Shown piece by piece: positions 1 to 9,716 of a stretch of DNA of 64,000 bases. Below the pieces are notes generated by a model. The model was given only the letters and a program-made list of their open reading frames with translations, had not been told where the DNA came from and made no database searches. Within the stretch, counting starts at the first letter, position 1. Each line of letters starts with the position of its first letter. Made by a program: the position numbers and the translations under genes. The stretch is from Bacillota bacterium (GTDB lineage: Bacteria; Bacillota; Ch66; Ch109): the NCBI GenBank assembly GCA_050952625.1, contig JBMNLH010000004.1, positions 160,001 through 224,000 of the forward strand, read 5' to 3'.

Positions 1-331
1 TAATTGTCGATTACTTTAATCTTAATCGTCGATCACATTAATCGTCGATCCTCGAGCCTGGGTGTCAAACTAGCCCTTAGACTTAGACAGGCTGCCGGCC
101 TATCTTCAGGTCGCTGACCTCTGTAAAATTAGACGATCTTGGTTTTTTATTGAGGCACTGCTAACAGAATGGGAATTAAGCTAAAGAAAGGTGCAAAGAA
201 ATAATTGTCATTTAGCGAATGGCTAAAAACAATTGACTAATCATAAAATTATTACTCAATGAAAACAATATACACTTATTTACAGGCCATGTCAACCATT
301 TCTAGTCTGGGTTGTCAAGGACTGTCATACC

Positions 332-2266
332 TTAATACAGTACGCGTTTGTCGCCACTGCGGCGAGTCAGCTTTTCTCGGTCAAAGTATTCCAGCAAAGG
401 TAAGATATATTTACGCGATCCACCCAGCAGTTCTCGGGCTTCGCTAATGGTTAGGGAGGGATTATGCTTTAAATAATTGATTATGGTCTCCCGGGCTTCT
501 GTTATCTCTTCTGCGCGGAAGTAAAGGTCGTCGGCTACCTTAACTAGTAACTTCTGGTTAAGGCAGTAGTTTAGGATCTCATCATATTCATTTTCCTTTA
601 AGGATAATGTTTGGGATAGTGTCTGGCGCAACTCTCCCCAGGCCGGCGGCTGAAACCGGGCTGTTTGATAATGGCGAAGGATTTCCGCCACTACCGAACG
701 GTAGTGTTCCGTAAGCTGAGGACGATGTCCGTGCTGGGCCACGCTTTGGCCAATTAGCGAAATTAATCGGCCTTCCTCCCAGTGCTGCAACAGGGCGTTC
801 AATAGTTTAACCGAAAAATAATTGAACTTACGCGAGCGCAGCTCCTCTTTACTCAGACCAGGGCGCAACGGAAACTCACGATGGTAATCACCCAACACTT
901 CACGAACATCTTCCTGGAGATCAGCATAGACCTGAGGATGAATCAAGTAGTCTGACCCTTCTAAACTCAGGAACACGACGCGGCCCTCTTCCTGCAGGCG
1001 TTCGAGTCCTGAGGCAATTTCCTCCTTAGTCAGTCCAAGCCGATTGCTCAGGTCACCATGGGCAACAAAGGGCGGATGGGCGTGCAACAAATCCTGGAGA
1101 ATCAGTTCCTCTGGGGTTCCCTTTTCTTTAATCGTCAAGGCTTGGATGACTTCCGGCCGAAACCGTTTCTGTTTGGGAGGATTGGGGTCAATCACGGTCC
1201 CCCCGCCAATCGTGAACATTGGTGAATAAGAACGCAGGACAAATCGATCCCGACGGGCCGCGACCACTGGTTCTTCCATCACCAATTGGGCAAAGGCACG
1301 ATTACCGGGGGCAAGCTCTTCATCTTCCAGCAACACAACGCGACCCAAGGCTTCGCGGGTCCCCAGATGAAACCGGATGCGTGTCCAGTTTTTAATCGCC
1401 CGCTCAGCCGAAGCTAGGAGCTCAAGTTGAACATCCAGCCGGTAAGTCGAACTCAGGTACCCCGGGGCCAGCAGGACGCTGCCGCGCCGAATATCCCGGG
1501 TCTCCAAACCCGTCAAATTTATCGCTACCCGTTGGCCGGCTTTCGCCTCGTCTACCTTCTGGCCGTGGACTTGAAGACCGCGCACCCGGGTAGAGTAACC
1601 TTCCGGGAGAATCTCCACCGTGTCGCCGGCCTTTAACCGACCGGAAAACAGAGTGCCGGTGACGACGGTCCCAAAACCGGTAATGGAAAAGACGCGGTCG
1701 ATGGGGAGGCGGACCTTGCCGGTGACCTCTTTTTCAACGACCTCCGCTGCCATTCGATCCAAAAGTTCTAGCAGTTCAGCCATTCCTTCCCCTGTCTTAG
1801 AGGATACGGCCACTATTTCCGCTTCAGCTAAGACAGTCCCCTTCACGGTCTCCCGAATGTCTTCTTCGACTAAGAGCAGCCAGTCTTGATCGACCAGATC
1901 TTTCTTAGTCAACACTATTAAACCTTTTTTTATTTCCAGCAGATTGATGATATCCAAGTGTTCCCGGGTTTGCGGCATCACGCCTTCATCAGCGGCGACA
2001 ACCAACAGCACTAGATCAATCCCGGTTGCTCCAGCCAGCATGTGTTTGATAAATCGTTCGTGCCCGGGGACATCCACAATCCCGGCCTGCAGACCGCTGG
2101 GCAGCGTCAAGGGGGCAAACCCTAGTTCAATTGAGATTCCTCTCTCCTTCTCCTCTTTTAAGCGATCAGTATCTATCCCGGTAATCCGTTTAACCAACTG
2201 GGTCTTTCCGTGATCGACATGACCCGCGGTCCCAATGATAATATGCTTGCCTTGACCTGGTATCAT
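332..2266 (-). CDS. selB: Selenocysteine-specific translation elongation factor SelB
   Basis: [17 protein letters not shown] and TKKD GTPase motifs; C-terminal winged-helix end [13 protein letters not shown]; adjacent to selA. Confidence 0.97.
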   Translation of the reverse strand: MIPGQGKHIIIGTAGHVDHGKTQLVKRITGIDTDRLKEEKERGISIELGFAPLTLPSGLQAGIVDVPGHERFIKHMLAGATGIDLVLLVVAADEGVMPQTREHLDIINLLEIKKGLIVLTKKDLVDQDWLLLVEEDIRETVKGTVLAEAEIVAVSSKTGEGMAELLELLDRMAAEVVEKEVTGKVRLPIDRVFSITGFGTVVTGTLFSGRLKAGDTVEILPEGYSTRVRGLQVHGQKVDEAKAGQRVAINLTGLETRDIRRGSVLLAPGYLSSTYRLDVQLELLASAERAIKNWTRIRFHLGTREALGRVVLLEDEELAPGNRAFAQLVMEEPVVAARRDRFVLRSYSPMFTIGGGTVIDPNPPKQKRFRPEVIQALTIKEKGTPEELILQDLLHAHPPFVAHGDLSNRLGLTKEEIASGLERLQEEGRVVFLSLEGSDYLIHPQVYADLQEDVREVLGDYHREFPLRPGLSKEELRSRKFNYFSVKLLNALLQHWEEGRLISLIGQSVAQHGHRPQLTEHYRSVVAEILRHYQTARFQPPAWGELRQTLSQTLSLKENEYDEILNYCLNQKLLVKVADDLYFRAEEITEARETIINYLKHNPSLTISEARELLGGSRKYILPLLEYFDREKLTRRSGDKRVLY

Positions 2267-2492
2267 TTAATTACTGCTCCTTCCCATAGGACAGGGGGAC
2301 AGGTTCGCTGTCCCGGTTTAGCTTACCGACTATTCAACGCGCGTGTATATAAATAATAGCATCCGCAGTCAGCCATGGCGGGCTCAAACAGTGATGCCGG
2401 CTGATCCTCAGTCGCTTCTGTTCTCTGATGTAAATCGCCAATCGCTAAACTTCTAAAAACGCGAGGTTTCTTCATGATGTTACTGTAAATGG

Positions 2493-3965
2493 CTATGGAT
2501 CTATAATAACATCGTTATTCGGTGTGGTTCCCTCTTCCAAACTGGCGGCTATCGCCGCAACCAGCCGGTCATACTCGGCTTCGTTAATCGTGCGGACATC
2601 CAAAATAACCTGTTCATCATGAATCCGAACCAGGACCGGGTCTGGCTGGCAGCGCAACGCTTTCGCCAGAGCAGCGGCGGAGATTGCCTTGGCCCTCACC
2701 GTAACTAACCAGGTCGGCAGCTCCTGACCCGGCATTGATCCGCCGCCAACGACTGATTGACCCGGAAGTACGTTTAATTCTAGTCTCCCCTCCCCGATCG
2801 ACTCCCTAATCCGGACAAGTAACTGATCGGCTTTTTGCCTTAGCTGCTCCTGGGAAATCGTCAGCATCCGCAACGTGGGAATGGTTTCTAAGGCCCGGTT
2901 TGGATTAAGGTACTCGCGTAAGGTAGCCTCCAAGGCGGCTAAGGTTAATTTATCAATCCGCAGGGCACGCAGCAGGGGATTTTTTTTCATCTGATCAAGG
3001 TACTGCTTTTTGCCGACGATAATCCCGGCCTGGGGGCCGCCGAGCAGCTTATCACCACTAAAAGTAACAATATCCGCTCCCACCCGAATACTATCCTGAA
3101 TTAAAGGCTCCGCCGGCAACCCCCAATTTTGCAAATCTAACAACAAGCCGCTGCCCAGATCCTCCATAACCGGCAGCCCTCTTTCTCGGCCAAGGGAGAC
3201 TATTTCTTCCAGAGCGGTCTCCTGGGTAAAACCGATAATTCGGTAGTTGCTGGTGTGCACCTTTAATAATAAAGCAGTCTGGTCGTTTATTGCTTGCGCA
3301 TAATCCCGGCGGTAAGTCTTGTTGGTTGTCCCCACCTCCCGCAAGACAGCCCCGCTCTGGCTCATTACCTCCGGCACGCGGAAAGATCCCCCGATTTCCA
3401 CCAGCTGTCCCCGGGAGACAATCACCTCACGGTCCCGGGCTAGCGTATTCAGGGCTAACAGTACCGCTGCCGCGTTATTGTTCACCACCAAACTAGCCTC
3501 CGCCCCGGTCAACTGCCGTAATAACCATTCCGTATGGGCGTAACGCGATCCGCGTTCCCCGGTCACTAGATCCAGCTCTAAGTTACTATAGTTGCCCCCT
3601 ACCTGCTGCAGGACCGTCCGGGCCCCCTCTCCTAAACAGGCTCGGCCCAGATTAGTATGCAGAACCACGCCGGTCGCATTAATTACTGGTCGCAGACTAA
3701 ACTGAGTTTTCTGCCGAACCCCGATGGTTACCTCGTCTACTACCCGGTTGAGGATGGTCCGGCGTTCCCCGGTGCCACCTGGATCCTGGCTCTGAATTGG
3801 CACCTGAACTAACTCGGTTCGCAGCCGGTCCAAGACTTCCCGGATTGTATCCGTTACCAAAACCCGGGCATACCAGGATAACAAAGTTTGGATCCGATCA
3901 TCACGCAAAACCATATCGACCGCCGGTAAATGCCGGAGGGAATTATCCTGAAGTTTTTCACGCAT
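2493..3965 (-). CDS. selA: L-seryl-tRNA(Sec) selenium transferase
   Basis: VINATGVVLHTNLGRA, SRGQLVEIGGSFR and FSGDKLLGGPQAG (PLP lysine) motifs. Confidence 0.97.
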   Translation of the reverse strand: MREKLQDNSLRHLPAVDMVLRDDRIQTLLSWYARVLVTDTIREVLDRLRTELVQVPIQSQDPGGTGERRTILNRVVDEVTIGVRQKTQFSLRPVINATGVVLHTNLGRACLGEGARTVLQQVGGNYSNLELDLVTGERGSRYAHTEWLLRQLTGAEASLVVNNNAAAVLLALNTLARDREVIVSRGQLVEIGGSFRVPEVMSQSGAVLREVGTTNKTYRRDYAQAINDQTALLLKVHTSNYRIIGFTQETALEEIVSLGRERGLPVMEDLGSGLLLDLQNWGLPAEPLIQDSIRVGADIVTFSGDKLLGGPQAGIIVGKKQYLDQMKKNPLLRALRIDKLTLAALEATLREYLNPNRALETIPTLRMLTISQEQLRQKADQLLVRIRESIGEGRLELNVLPGQSVVGGGSMPGQELPTWLVTVRAKAISAAALAKALRCQPDPVLVRIHDEQVILDVRTINEAEYDRLVAAIAASLEEGTTPNNDVIIDP

Positions 3966-4030
3966 AGACTATGTTATTTACTCCTATTCTCACCTTTAAT
4001 CTAACAATCTTTTCCCTATTGTACCAAAGT

Positions 4031-5110
4031 TCAGTGCAGGTTGCCAGACTCGGACAGGGATTCCAAAGCCCGCCAGGTTAGGCCAACCAGCAGCACCAGA
4101 CCGACATAGCCGAAAACCGGGTAGATCAGCCGAACCAGTTGCCCAAACCCCAACTGAGCCAGGGGGGCGGCTAAAACTAAAATCACCAGCAGCATAGGGA
4201 AATAAGGAATTTTCAGGGTCCGCGCCAGCCGCAGGGTCAGGGTATAGGCACAGGCAACAGCGGTGGTCAGAATGCCCATGCCTAATACCAGAGTATACAA
4301 CAGTTTAACGCCTGGATGAATCTGACCGGCCAAGTATAACATAGGAACCTGATACCCAGCTATTTGGGGCCAGTTGCTCGCCAGGGCCCCCACAATAACA
4401 CCGGCAAATATCCCCAGGCCAAGGCCACCCCAGATTCCGGCCATATTTAAGTTCGGACCAAAGTTGGGACCCGCTAAAGAAACCAAGATAGTTAGGCCAA
4501 GAATTAGATTATAAGAGACATACAATACCCCGGCCAGGACCCAGGAATGGGTAATTGGCTCCATTGACAAAACTGCCGCATCGGGGATGATCGGAGTATA
4601 AGGTGAGGTAAAGATAATCAGACCAGAAACCAGGATAACTAGCAGGAATTTGGCCGGCATCAAAACTGTATTCAGCCATAAAACTCCCTGAACATTGGCA
4701 AATAAAACAGCCGCTACTCCCAGACCGAGTAAAAACACCCCCCAATTAAAAGGCAGCCCCAAATGCTCGTCAAACACCGCCCCGGCTGCGGACAACATAA
4801 TCCCCAGCCCGCTAAATAGGAAAATCCCGATCATCAAATCAAACAGCCCGGCCGCCCTGATTCCTAACAGACGCTTGAGAAAACTGCCGTAATCCGAACT
4901 CTGATAGAGCTGACTCAGAGATAACGTAATCCAGCCATACACCGCAAAAAGCACCGCCACGATAATCAGGGCCGGGACTTTTTTTCCCTCCAAACTAACA
5001 AAAAACTGCATTAACTCCTGGCCCGAGGTAAAGCCAGCCCCCACAATTGCCCCGATATAGCAAAACGCTACTTTAAAGACGATCGCCTGATAACCGCCAG
5101 GACCATTCAA
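4031..5110 (-). CDS. YkvI-like multi-pass membrane protein
   Basis: N-terminal YIGAIVGAGFTSGQELMQFF signature, about 10 hydrophobic segments, C-terminal LIYPVFGY. Confidence 0.8.
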   Translation of the reverse strand: MNGPGGYQAIVFKVAFCYIGAIVGAGFTSGQELMQFFVSLEGKKVPALIIVAVLFAVYGWITLSLSQLYQSSDYGSFLKRLLGIRAAGLFDLMIGIFLFSGLGIMLSAAGAVFDEHLGLPFNWGVFLLGLGVAAVLFANVQGVLWLNTVLMPAKFLLVILVSGLIIFTSPYTPIIPDAAVLSMEPITHSWVLAGVLYVSYNLILGLTILVSLAGPNFGPNLNMAGIWGGLGLGIFAGVIVGALASNWPQIAGYQVPMLYLAGQIHPGVKLLYTLVLGMGILTTAVACAYTLTLRLARTLKIPYFPMLLVILVLAAPLAQLGFGQLVRLIYPVFGYVGLVLLVGLTWRALESLSESGNLH

Positions 5111-5158
5111 CAGATCCCCTCCCCAATCCCACTTATCTATTAACTTAAGGCATTAGAT

Positions 5159-5185
5159 ATTTATGCTGCTTAATTCGAAGTATGA
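5159..5185 (-). promoter_or_regulatory. Putative sigma-E (mother cell) promoter for the ykvI-like gene
   Basis: Minus strand TCATACT-N13-CATAAAT resembles the sigE consensus. Confidence 0.5.
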
Positions 5186-5250
5186 ACATATTCTATTGGC
5201 TGGAAAGTCTTAGGGTGTGATAGAGGCAGGGGATCTATTTCAAAAAAAAG

Positions 5251-5281
5251 TGTATGAAGTTAAGTCGGTTGGGCAAGGTTA
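5251..5281 (+). promoter_or_regulatory. Putative sigma-F (forespore) promoter for yyaC
   Basis: TGTATG-N14-GGGCAAGGTTA resembles the sigF consensus; yyaC is forespore-expressed in B. subtilis. Confidence 0.35.
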
Positions 5282-5465
5282 TATAACAGCTAAAGAGAGC
5301 TGCCGCCACGGGCACAGTGGGATCCATTTTCATAAAGACATAGAACAAGTATTTCAGCAAAGTATCAAAAAGTATCAATAAGAAAGGTGGTGCCGATCCG
5401 GTTTCTGACTGCAGGGCAAAAAAGCTTTTCAGTAAATTTTGCGTAAGGATTAGGAACCGGGTACT

Positions 5466-6095
5466 ATGAATCTGACCGACAGCTCACGTATCCGCGTACA
5501 TATGGATGATCCCCTAGTATTAACGCGTATCACTGACACCCTATGTAGTCATTTTGCGCAAATGAATCCCGGTTGGCTAAACCCCACCCTAGTTGTTTGT
5601 ATCGGAACTGATCGATCTACCGGGGACAGTCTCGGGCCGCTGGTTGGAACCCGCCTCCATAATTTAAGATCTAATCTTTTTGAGATTTATGGCACTCTCG
5701 AGGCGCCCGTCCATGCCAGCAACCTGGTAGAAACGATGGAAAAATTTAGAAAGTATCCCTCACCCTTTATTCTGGCTGTGGATGCCTGTTTGGGAAGACT
5801 AGATAGCGTCGGCTATATTTCGATTGGTCGCGGCCCCCTCCGTCCCGGGGCTGGGGTGAGTAAAGAGTTGCCTCCGATCGGTGACATGAATATTTCCGGA
5901 ATCGTCAATGTCGGCGGTTACCTGGAATTTATGGTCTTACAGAATACCCGGCTGAGCCTGGTAATGAAAATGGCTGACTTGATTGCTAGCAGTATTTACT
6001 ATGCGATCAGGAAATTTACTAAATCAGTATCCTGGCAGCCATCCCCGTCAACCGCCGCCGTAAACCCCTACGCAAAACAAATCCAAATTAGTTGA
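5466..6095 (+). CDS. yyaC: Spore protease YyaC (GPR-like)
   Basis: CIGTDRSTGDSLGPLVG, AVDACLG and LQNTRL motifs; usual position near spo0J. Confidence 0.93.
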   Translation: MNLTDSSRIRVHMDDPLVLTRITDTLCSHFAQMNPGWLNPTLVVCIGTDRSTGDSLGPLVGTRLHNLRSNLFEIYGTLEAPVHASNLVETMEKFRKYPSPFILAVDACLGRLDSVGYISIGRGPLRPGAGVSKELPPIGDMNISGIVNVGGYLEFMVLQNTRLSLVMKMADLIASSIYYAIRKFTKSVSWQPSPSTAAVNPYAKQIQIS

Positions 6096-6162
6096 CCGCT
6101 GCTATATATAAAACAATGCCCTAGACCGGGTTATCTGGCCATAGGGCATCAGTTTTTTCAAT

Positions 6163-6564
6163 TCACTTCTGCTCAACTTCCCCGATTGTATCCGTTTCCT
6201 GAGCAGCAGCTTCTTGACCGGGTGACCCCATCAGGCAGCGGCCTCGGTACTGAGCACCTTCCGCAATCACCAAGGTCTGTGTTTCCAAATCACCCTCCAA
6301 TCGCCCGGTTTGGGTGATTTCTAATCTGCCAAAGGCCCGAATGTTACCAATAACCTCGCCGGCTACCAGGAGGTTATTTACCACCAGGTTCCCCTGGATC
6401 TTTCCGGTTTCGCCAACAAAAACATCACCTTTGGCTTCTATTTCTCCGCGGAGGGTTCCTTCTATCCGTAAAGAACCCTCGGTAATGATTAACCCCTCGA
6501 TCATAATATCTTTTCCTATTAGGCTGCCAATCTTGTTAGATTTAATCCTCCTTTTTCGTAACAA
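6163..6564 (-). CDS. Bactofilin (polymer-forming cytoskeletal protein)
   Basis: Beta-helix pattern SLIG...GSLRIEG...G.I.A.GRLEI...G.LEGD...LVIAEGA.Y.G.C. Confidence 0.88.
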   Translation of the reverse strand: MLRKRRIKSNKIGSLIGKDIMIEGLIITEGSLRIEGTLRGEIEAKGDVFVGETGKIQGNLVVNNLLVAGEVIGNIRAFGRLEITQTGRLEGDLETQTLVIAEGAQYRGRCLMGSPGQEAAAQETDTIGEVEQK

Positions 6565-6668
6565 AGGCTGATGGCTCCTTTCAATTATTTAATTAATATT
6601 AGTAAGTAACACGTATATTGTTGTTTGTGTTATTTTCGTTGGTGGTTGTGCCTAACGGACATGAGCGG

Positions 6669-7688
6669 TTAATATGGTAATAATAAGGCCGGATTAATAA
6701 ACTCGCCATTATATTCCAAGGCAAAATGAACATGGGGACCGGTACTACGGCCAGAACTTCCCATAAGGGCTATGATATCCCCTTTCTGCACCTGCTCCCC
6801 CTCTTCTACCAGTAATTAACTATTATGTCCATAGTGCGTTATCATCCCACTGCCGTGATCAATTATCACGGTCCGGCCATAGACCGGTTTAGTATCCGCA
6901 AAAACTACTCTTCCATCACCAGCCGCCTTAATTGGTGTCCCATAAGGTGCAGCCAAGTCAATTCCGGTATGCATTTCCTGCTTTCTCCCAAAAGGTGAGG
7001 TTCTTAAGCCAAAGGCTGAGGTTAACCGTCCTTCTACCGGAGCTTGATTCGGTAATGATCGATAGTACTCTGGATCAGCCTTTACCTGTTGTGTCAACCG
7101 GTCCAAATTGTTTTGGTAGCTTTTTAGGATTTGCGTTAGCTTAGCAAGCTCTTCTTTGATATCCTGACTGACAGCAATATCTCTCTTCTGGTCCAAGGCA
7201 CTGAATTCTAAAGAAGCAACCGGCTCTATAGAATCTGTTCCCCCTCCTTGGCCATATGAAGCAGCCTCTCCTTGTTCTTCGGCTATGCGACTAATCTGAG
7301 ACCCACTCGCTGAATCTGACTCCACTTCCAAACCCATTAGACGTCTTATTTCCTTTTCCTGTTCACCCATTTTCTGAAAACCATCCTTTAATTCCAAGAT
7401 GAACTGCTTAATCGCTTCAGCCTCCTTGATTTGCTCCTGCTGTTCTTGTTTAGCCGCTGCTAGCATTTGATAGTCATCCTGTTTATTCAAAACATAAACC
7501 GACAGACTAAAGATCGCGAAAAGGAGAAAACAAAAGCCGACTCCACTGGCAATGAGGGCCCAAAAAGGTAACCGTAGGCTTTTCGGTGAATCAGCTGTAT
7601 GGGGAATTAACCAAAGGGTTACGTGTTGGGGCCATTTTCTTCTTAAAGGCAAAAAAATCACCACCGTAAAGTATCTTAAGCTTAGCAA
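6669..7688 (-). pseudogene. M23 peptidase (TM + coiled coil + LytM domain) interrupted by an in-frame TAA at 6816-6818
   Basis: HTGID and YGH precede the stop; the same frame continues [31 protein letters not shown]...NPALLLPY* (HxH motif) to 6669. Confidence 0.85.
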
Positions 7689-7933
7689 TGTAATATCTAG
7701 TCAGTATTCACAAAGCACTTGTTGCGAAGGATCTTGATGCGCAATATTCTACATTACCCATAAGTACTCCTTCTTTTGGGCTAATTCCTAGGTAGAAGAA
7801 AAATTGACTTAATTGATCTACTTGTTAATTATTATCATAACTTATTTATTAACTCATGAGAGACCATAAAGCAACAAAATATTCCTCAATAGTTTGAATA
7901 ATGGATAATTTGAGAAAAAAATCCTAGGACTTT

Positions 7934-7960
7934 AAAGGATTTTTCAGCATAGTGTCGAAA
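7934..7960 (+). promoter_or_regulatory. Putative sigma-H-type promoter upstream of the riboswitch
   Basis: AAAGGATTT-N11-GTCGAA; similar motifs at 7745-7773 (-), 42479-42508 (+) and 50688-50713 (+). Confidence 0.45.
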
Positions 7961-8014
7961 TTCTAAAATGATACATTTTAATAACAGTCTCGTAAATTAT
8001 CAAAATCAAAATGC

Positions 8015-8108
8015 TGAATAATGGGCAAGGCATTCGAAAGAATGCTCACGCAAAGCTACGGGTCTAAGGTATTAGTCTCCGCTAATACTATGATAGCCGG
8101 GTTGCCAT
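8015..8108 (+). promoter_or_regulatory. c-di-GMP-I (GEMM-I) riboswitch
   Basis: GGGCAAGGCATTC-GAAA-GAATGCTCACGCAAAGCTACGGGTCTAAG...ATGATAGCCGGGTTGCC; GNRA tetraloop and receptor; G at the position equivalent to Vc2 G20. Confidence 0.9.
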
Positions 8109-8135
8109 GAAGTCAGATCGGTTTCATGAAATCCA

Positions 8136-8168
8136 AGGTCTGCAAATTGGCAGGCCTATATTTTTTTA
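8136..8168 (+). terminator. Intrinsic terminator, likely the riboswitch expression platform
   Basis: AGGTCTGC-aaattg-GCAGGCCT followed by a T-run. Confidence 0.7.
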
Positions 8169-8309
8169 TAAAAATATAAAAAGTTAAAAAACAGAGAGGG
8201 GTGATATTGTATTGACCCTTTGTATTCCTTTAGGTTTTCTAGGTTTTTTTATGGGTTTAAAACGTACATATTTAATCAAACCAAAAATCAATGACTGGGG
8301 GTTTGGATA

Positions 8310-9443
8310 ATGAATATCATGGAAGCCTTTCGACATTACGCTGAGTTTTTAGTTCAGACCTACGAGCAAGAGTGCATTTACTTTACCGCGGACCTAGAGA
8401 AGTACACATTTGTGGCTGATCGTAACTTCGACCTTGAAGGGGTTAAAGAAGGGGAACGCCTGATTGAAGGCGGTATCTTTCAAAAGGCCATGCAGGAAAA
8501 ACGAGAGATGACCGGTACAGTGGAGCGAAACGTATATGGCAAACGTTTTAAATATTGGGTTAAGCCTTTCATTGAAGATGGAGAGGTCAAGGGATGTTAT
8601 GGGGTAATGGTGCATAAACTGCATCGAGTCGCTCGCGCCTTTCCTGATTTTGCAGAACCATTAGCCGAGGCTTTTCCAGAAGGGGCTTTCTTTACTGTTA
8701 CCGATTTGGAAAAGATAATTCTCCGCCAAGGCTCGAAGAAATTTGATATCCCCACCCTTCAAGTAGGCGACAAGTTCGATCAAAATGGTATTGCTGCTGA
8801 ATGCATTAGAACCGGCAAAGCATTAGCTAAGGATATTGATGCTAGTGTCTACGGCGTAGCTTTAAGAGGAATCTGCGTCCCGCTAATTGACCCGGACGAT
8901 AAGCAAATCGTCGGTACTTTTGGTCTAAATATACCGGTTGCCCTCTCGCAGAATTTACAGGACCTGTCTGTAAACCTGAGTTCCACTATCCAACAAGTTG
9001 CTTCCGCCATGGAGGAGATGGCTGCTTCAGCTAACGACATCTCGCTTAATGAAAGCCGGTTAGCTGAACGAATTAGTGAAGTAGCTAATATATCGGTTGA
9101 GATTAATGAAGTGTTGGACTTTATTAAGAACGTAGCGGATCAGACTAAAATGCTCGGTTTAAATGCCGCTATCGAAGCGGCTCGAGCTGGTGAGCACGGA
9201 CGCGGCTTTGGGGTGGTAGCGGAAGAGATCCGTAAATTAAGTGACCAGTCCAAAGAGACTGCGGACCAGATACGTCAGTTAATCAGAGAAATAGATAATA
9301 AAATTGGCTTCATTAAAGAGGCTTCTCAAGGTACATTCAAACAAAGCCAGGAGCAGGCTGCTGCCACCGAAGAGGTTACTGCTTCGGCCAATGAAATTAC
9401 ATACATAGTTGAAAAATTAGCGGAAACAGCCCGTTCGCTGTAG
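8310..9443 (+). CDS. Soluble methyl-accepting chemotaxis protein with two tandem sensor domains
   Basis: [33 protein letters not shown] hairpin; no TM segment; duplicated ~110-aa N-terminal module. Confidence 0.9.
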   Translation: MNIMEAFRHYAEFLVQTYEQECIYFTADLEKYTFVADRNFDLEGVKEGERLIEGGIFQKAMQEKREMTGTVERNVYGKRFKYWVKPFIEDGEVKGCYGVMVHKLHRVARAFPDFAEPLAEAFPEGAFFTVTDLEKIILRQGSKKFDIPTLQVGDKFDQNGIAAECIRTGKALAKDIDASVYGVALRGICVPLIDPDDKQIVGTFGLNIPVALSQNLQDLSVNLSSTIQQVASAMEEMAASANDISLNESRLAERISEVANISVEINEVLDFIKNVADQTKMLGLNAAIEAARAGEHGRGFGVVAEEIRKLSDQSKETADQIRQLIREIDNKIGFIKEASQGTFKQSQEQAAATEEVTASANEITYIVEKLAETARSL

Positions 9444-9716
9444 ACTGCCATCTGCTTATCAGTACCAGCGGAACGGGAAAAATCGATCGCGTCTGTTTAA
9501 CGAGGGTCAGCGATTGGCGATTTACATTATTTTTTCGTTCCCAGTCGTGCCGGCTGACCGAGTTAACCCATAAGCGTACAACTTCAAAGATTAGGCAGGA
9601 GGGGGGCAACACCCCCCTTTATTTCATCCTTGTTTCCCGGACAATATTGAACCCGGTTAAAGTTTTGCCTATAGTTAGAGCAAGACAGCCGCATTTATAG
9701 CTAAGGAGATTTTGAT

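Noticed and set aside
1-330. Possible selC (tRNA-Sec) next to selB; short TTAATCGTCGATC repeats at 22-50
   Set aside because: No TCA anticodon arm or T-arm found on either strand. The repeats are short and cut by the window edge.
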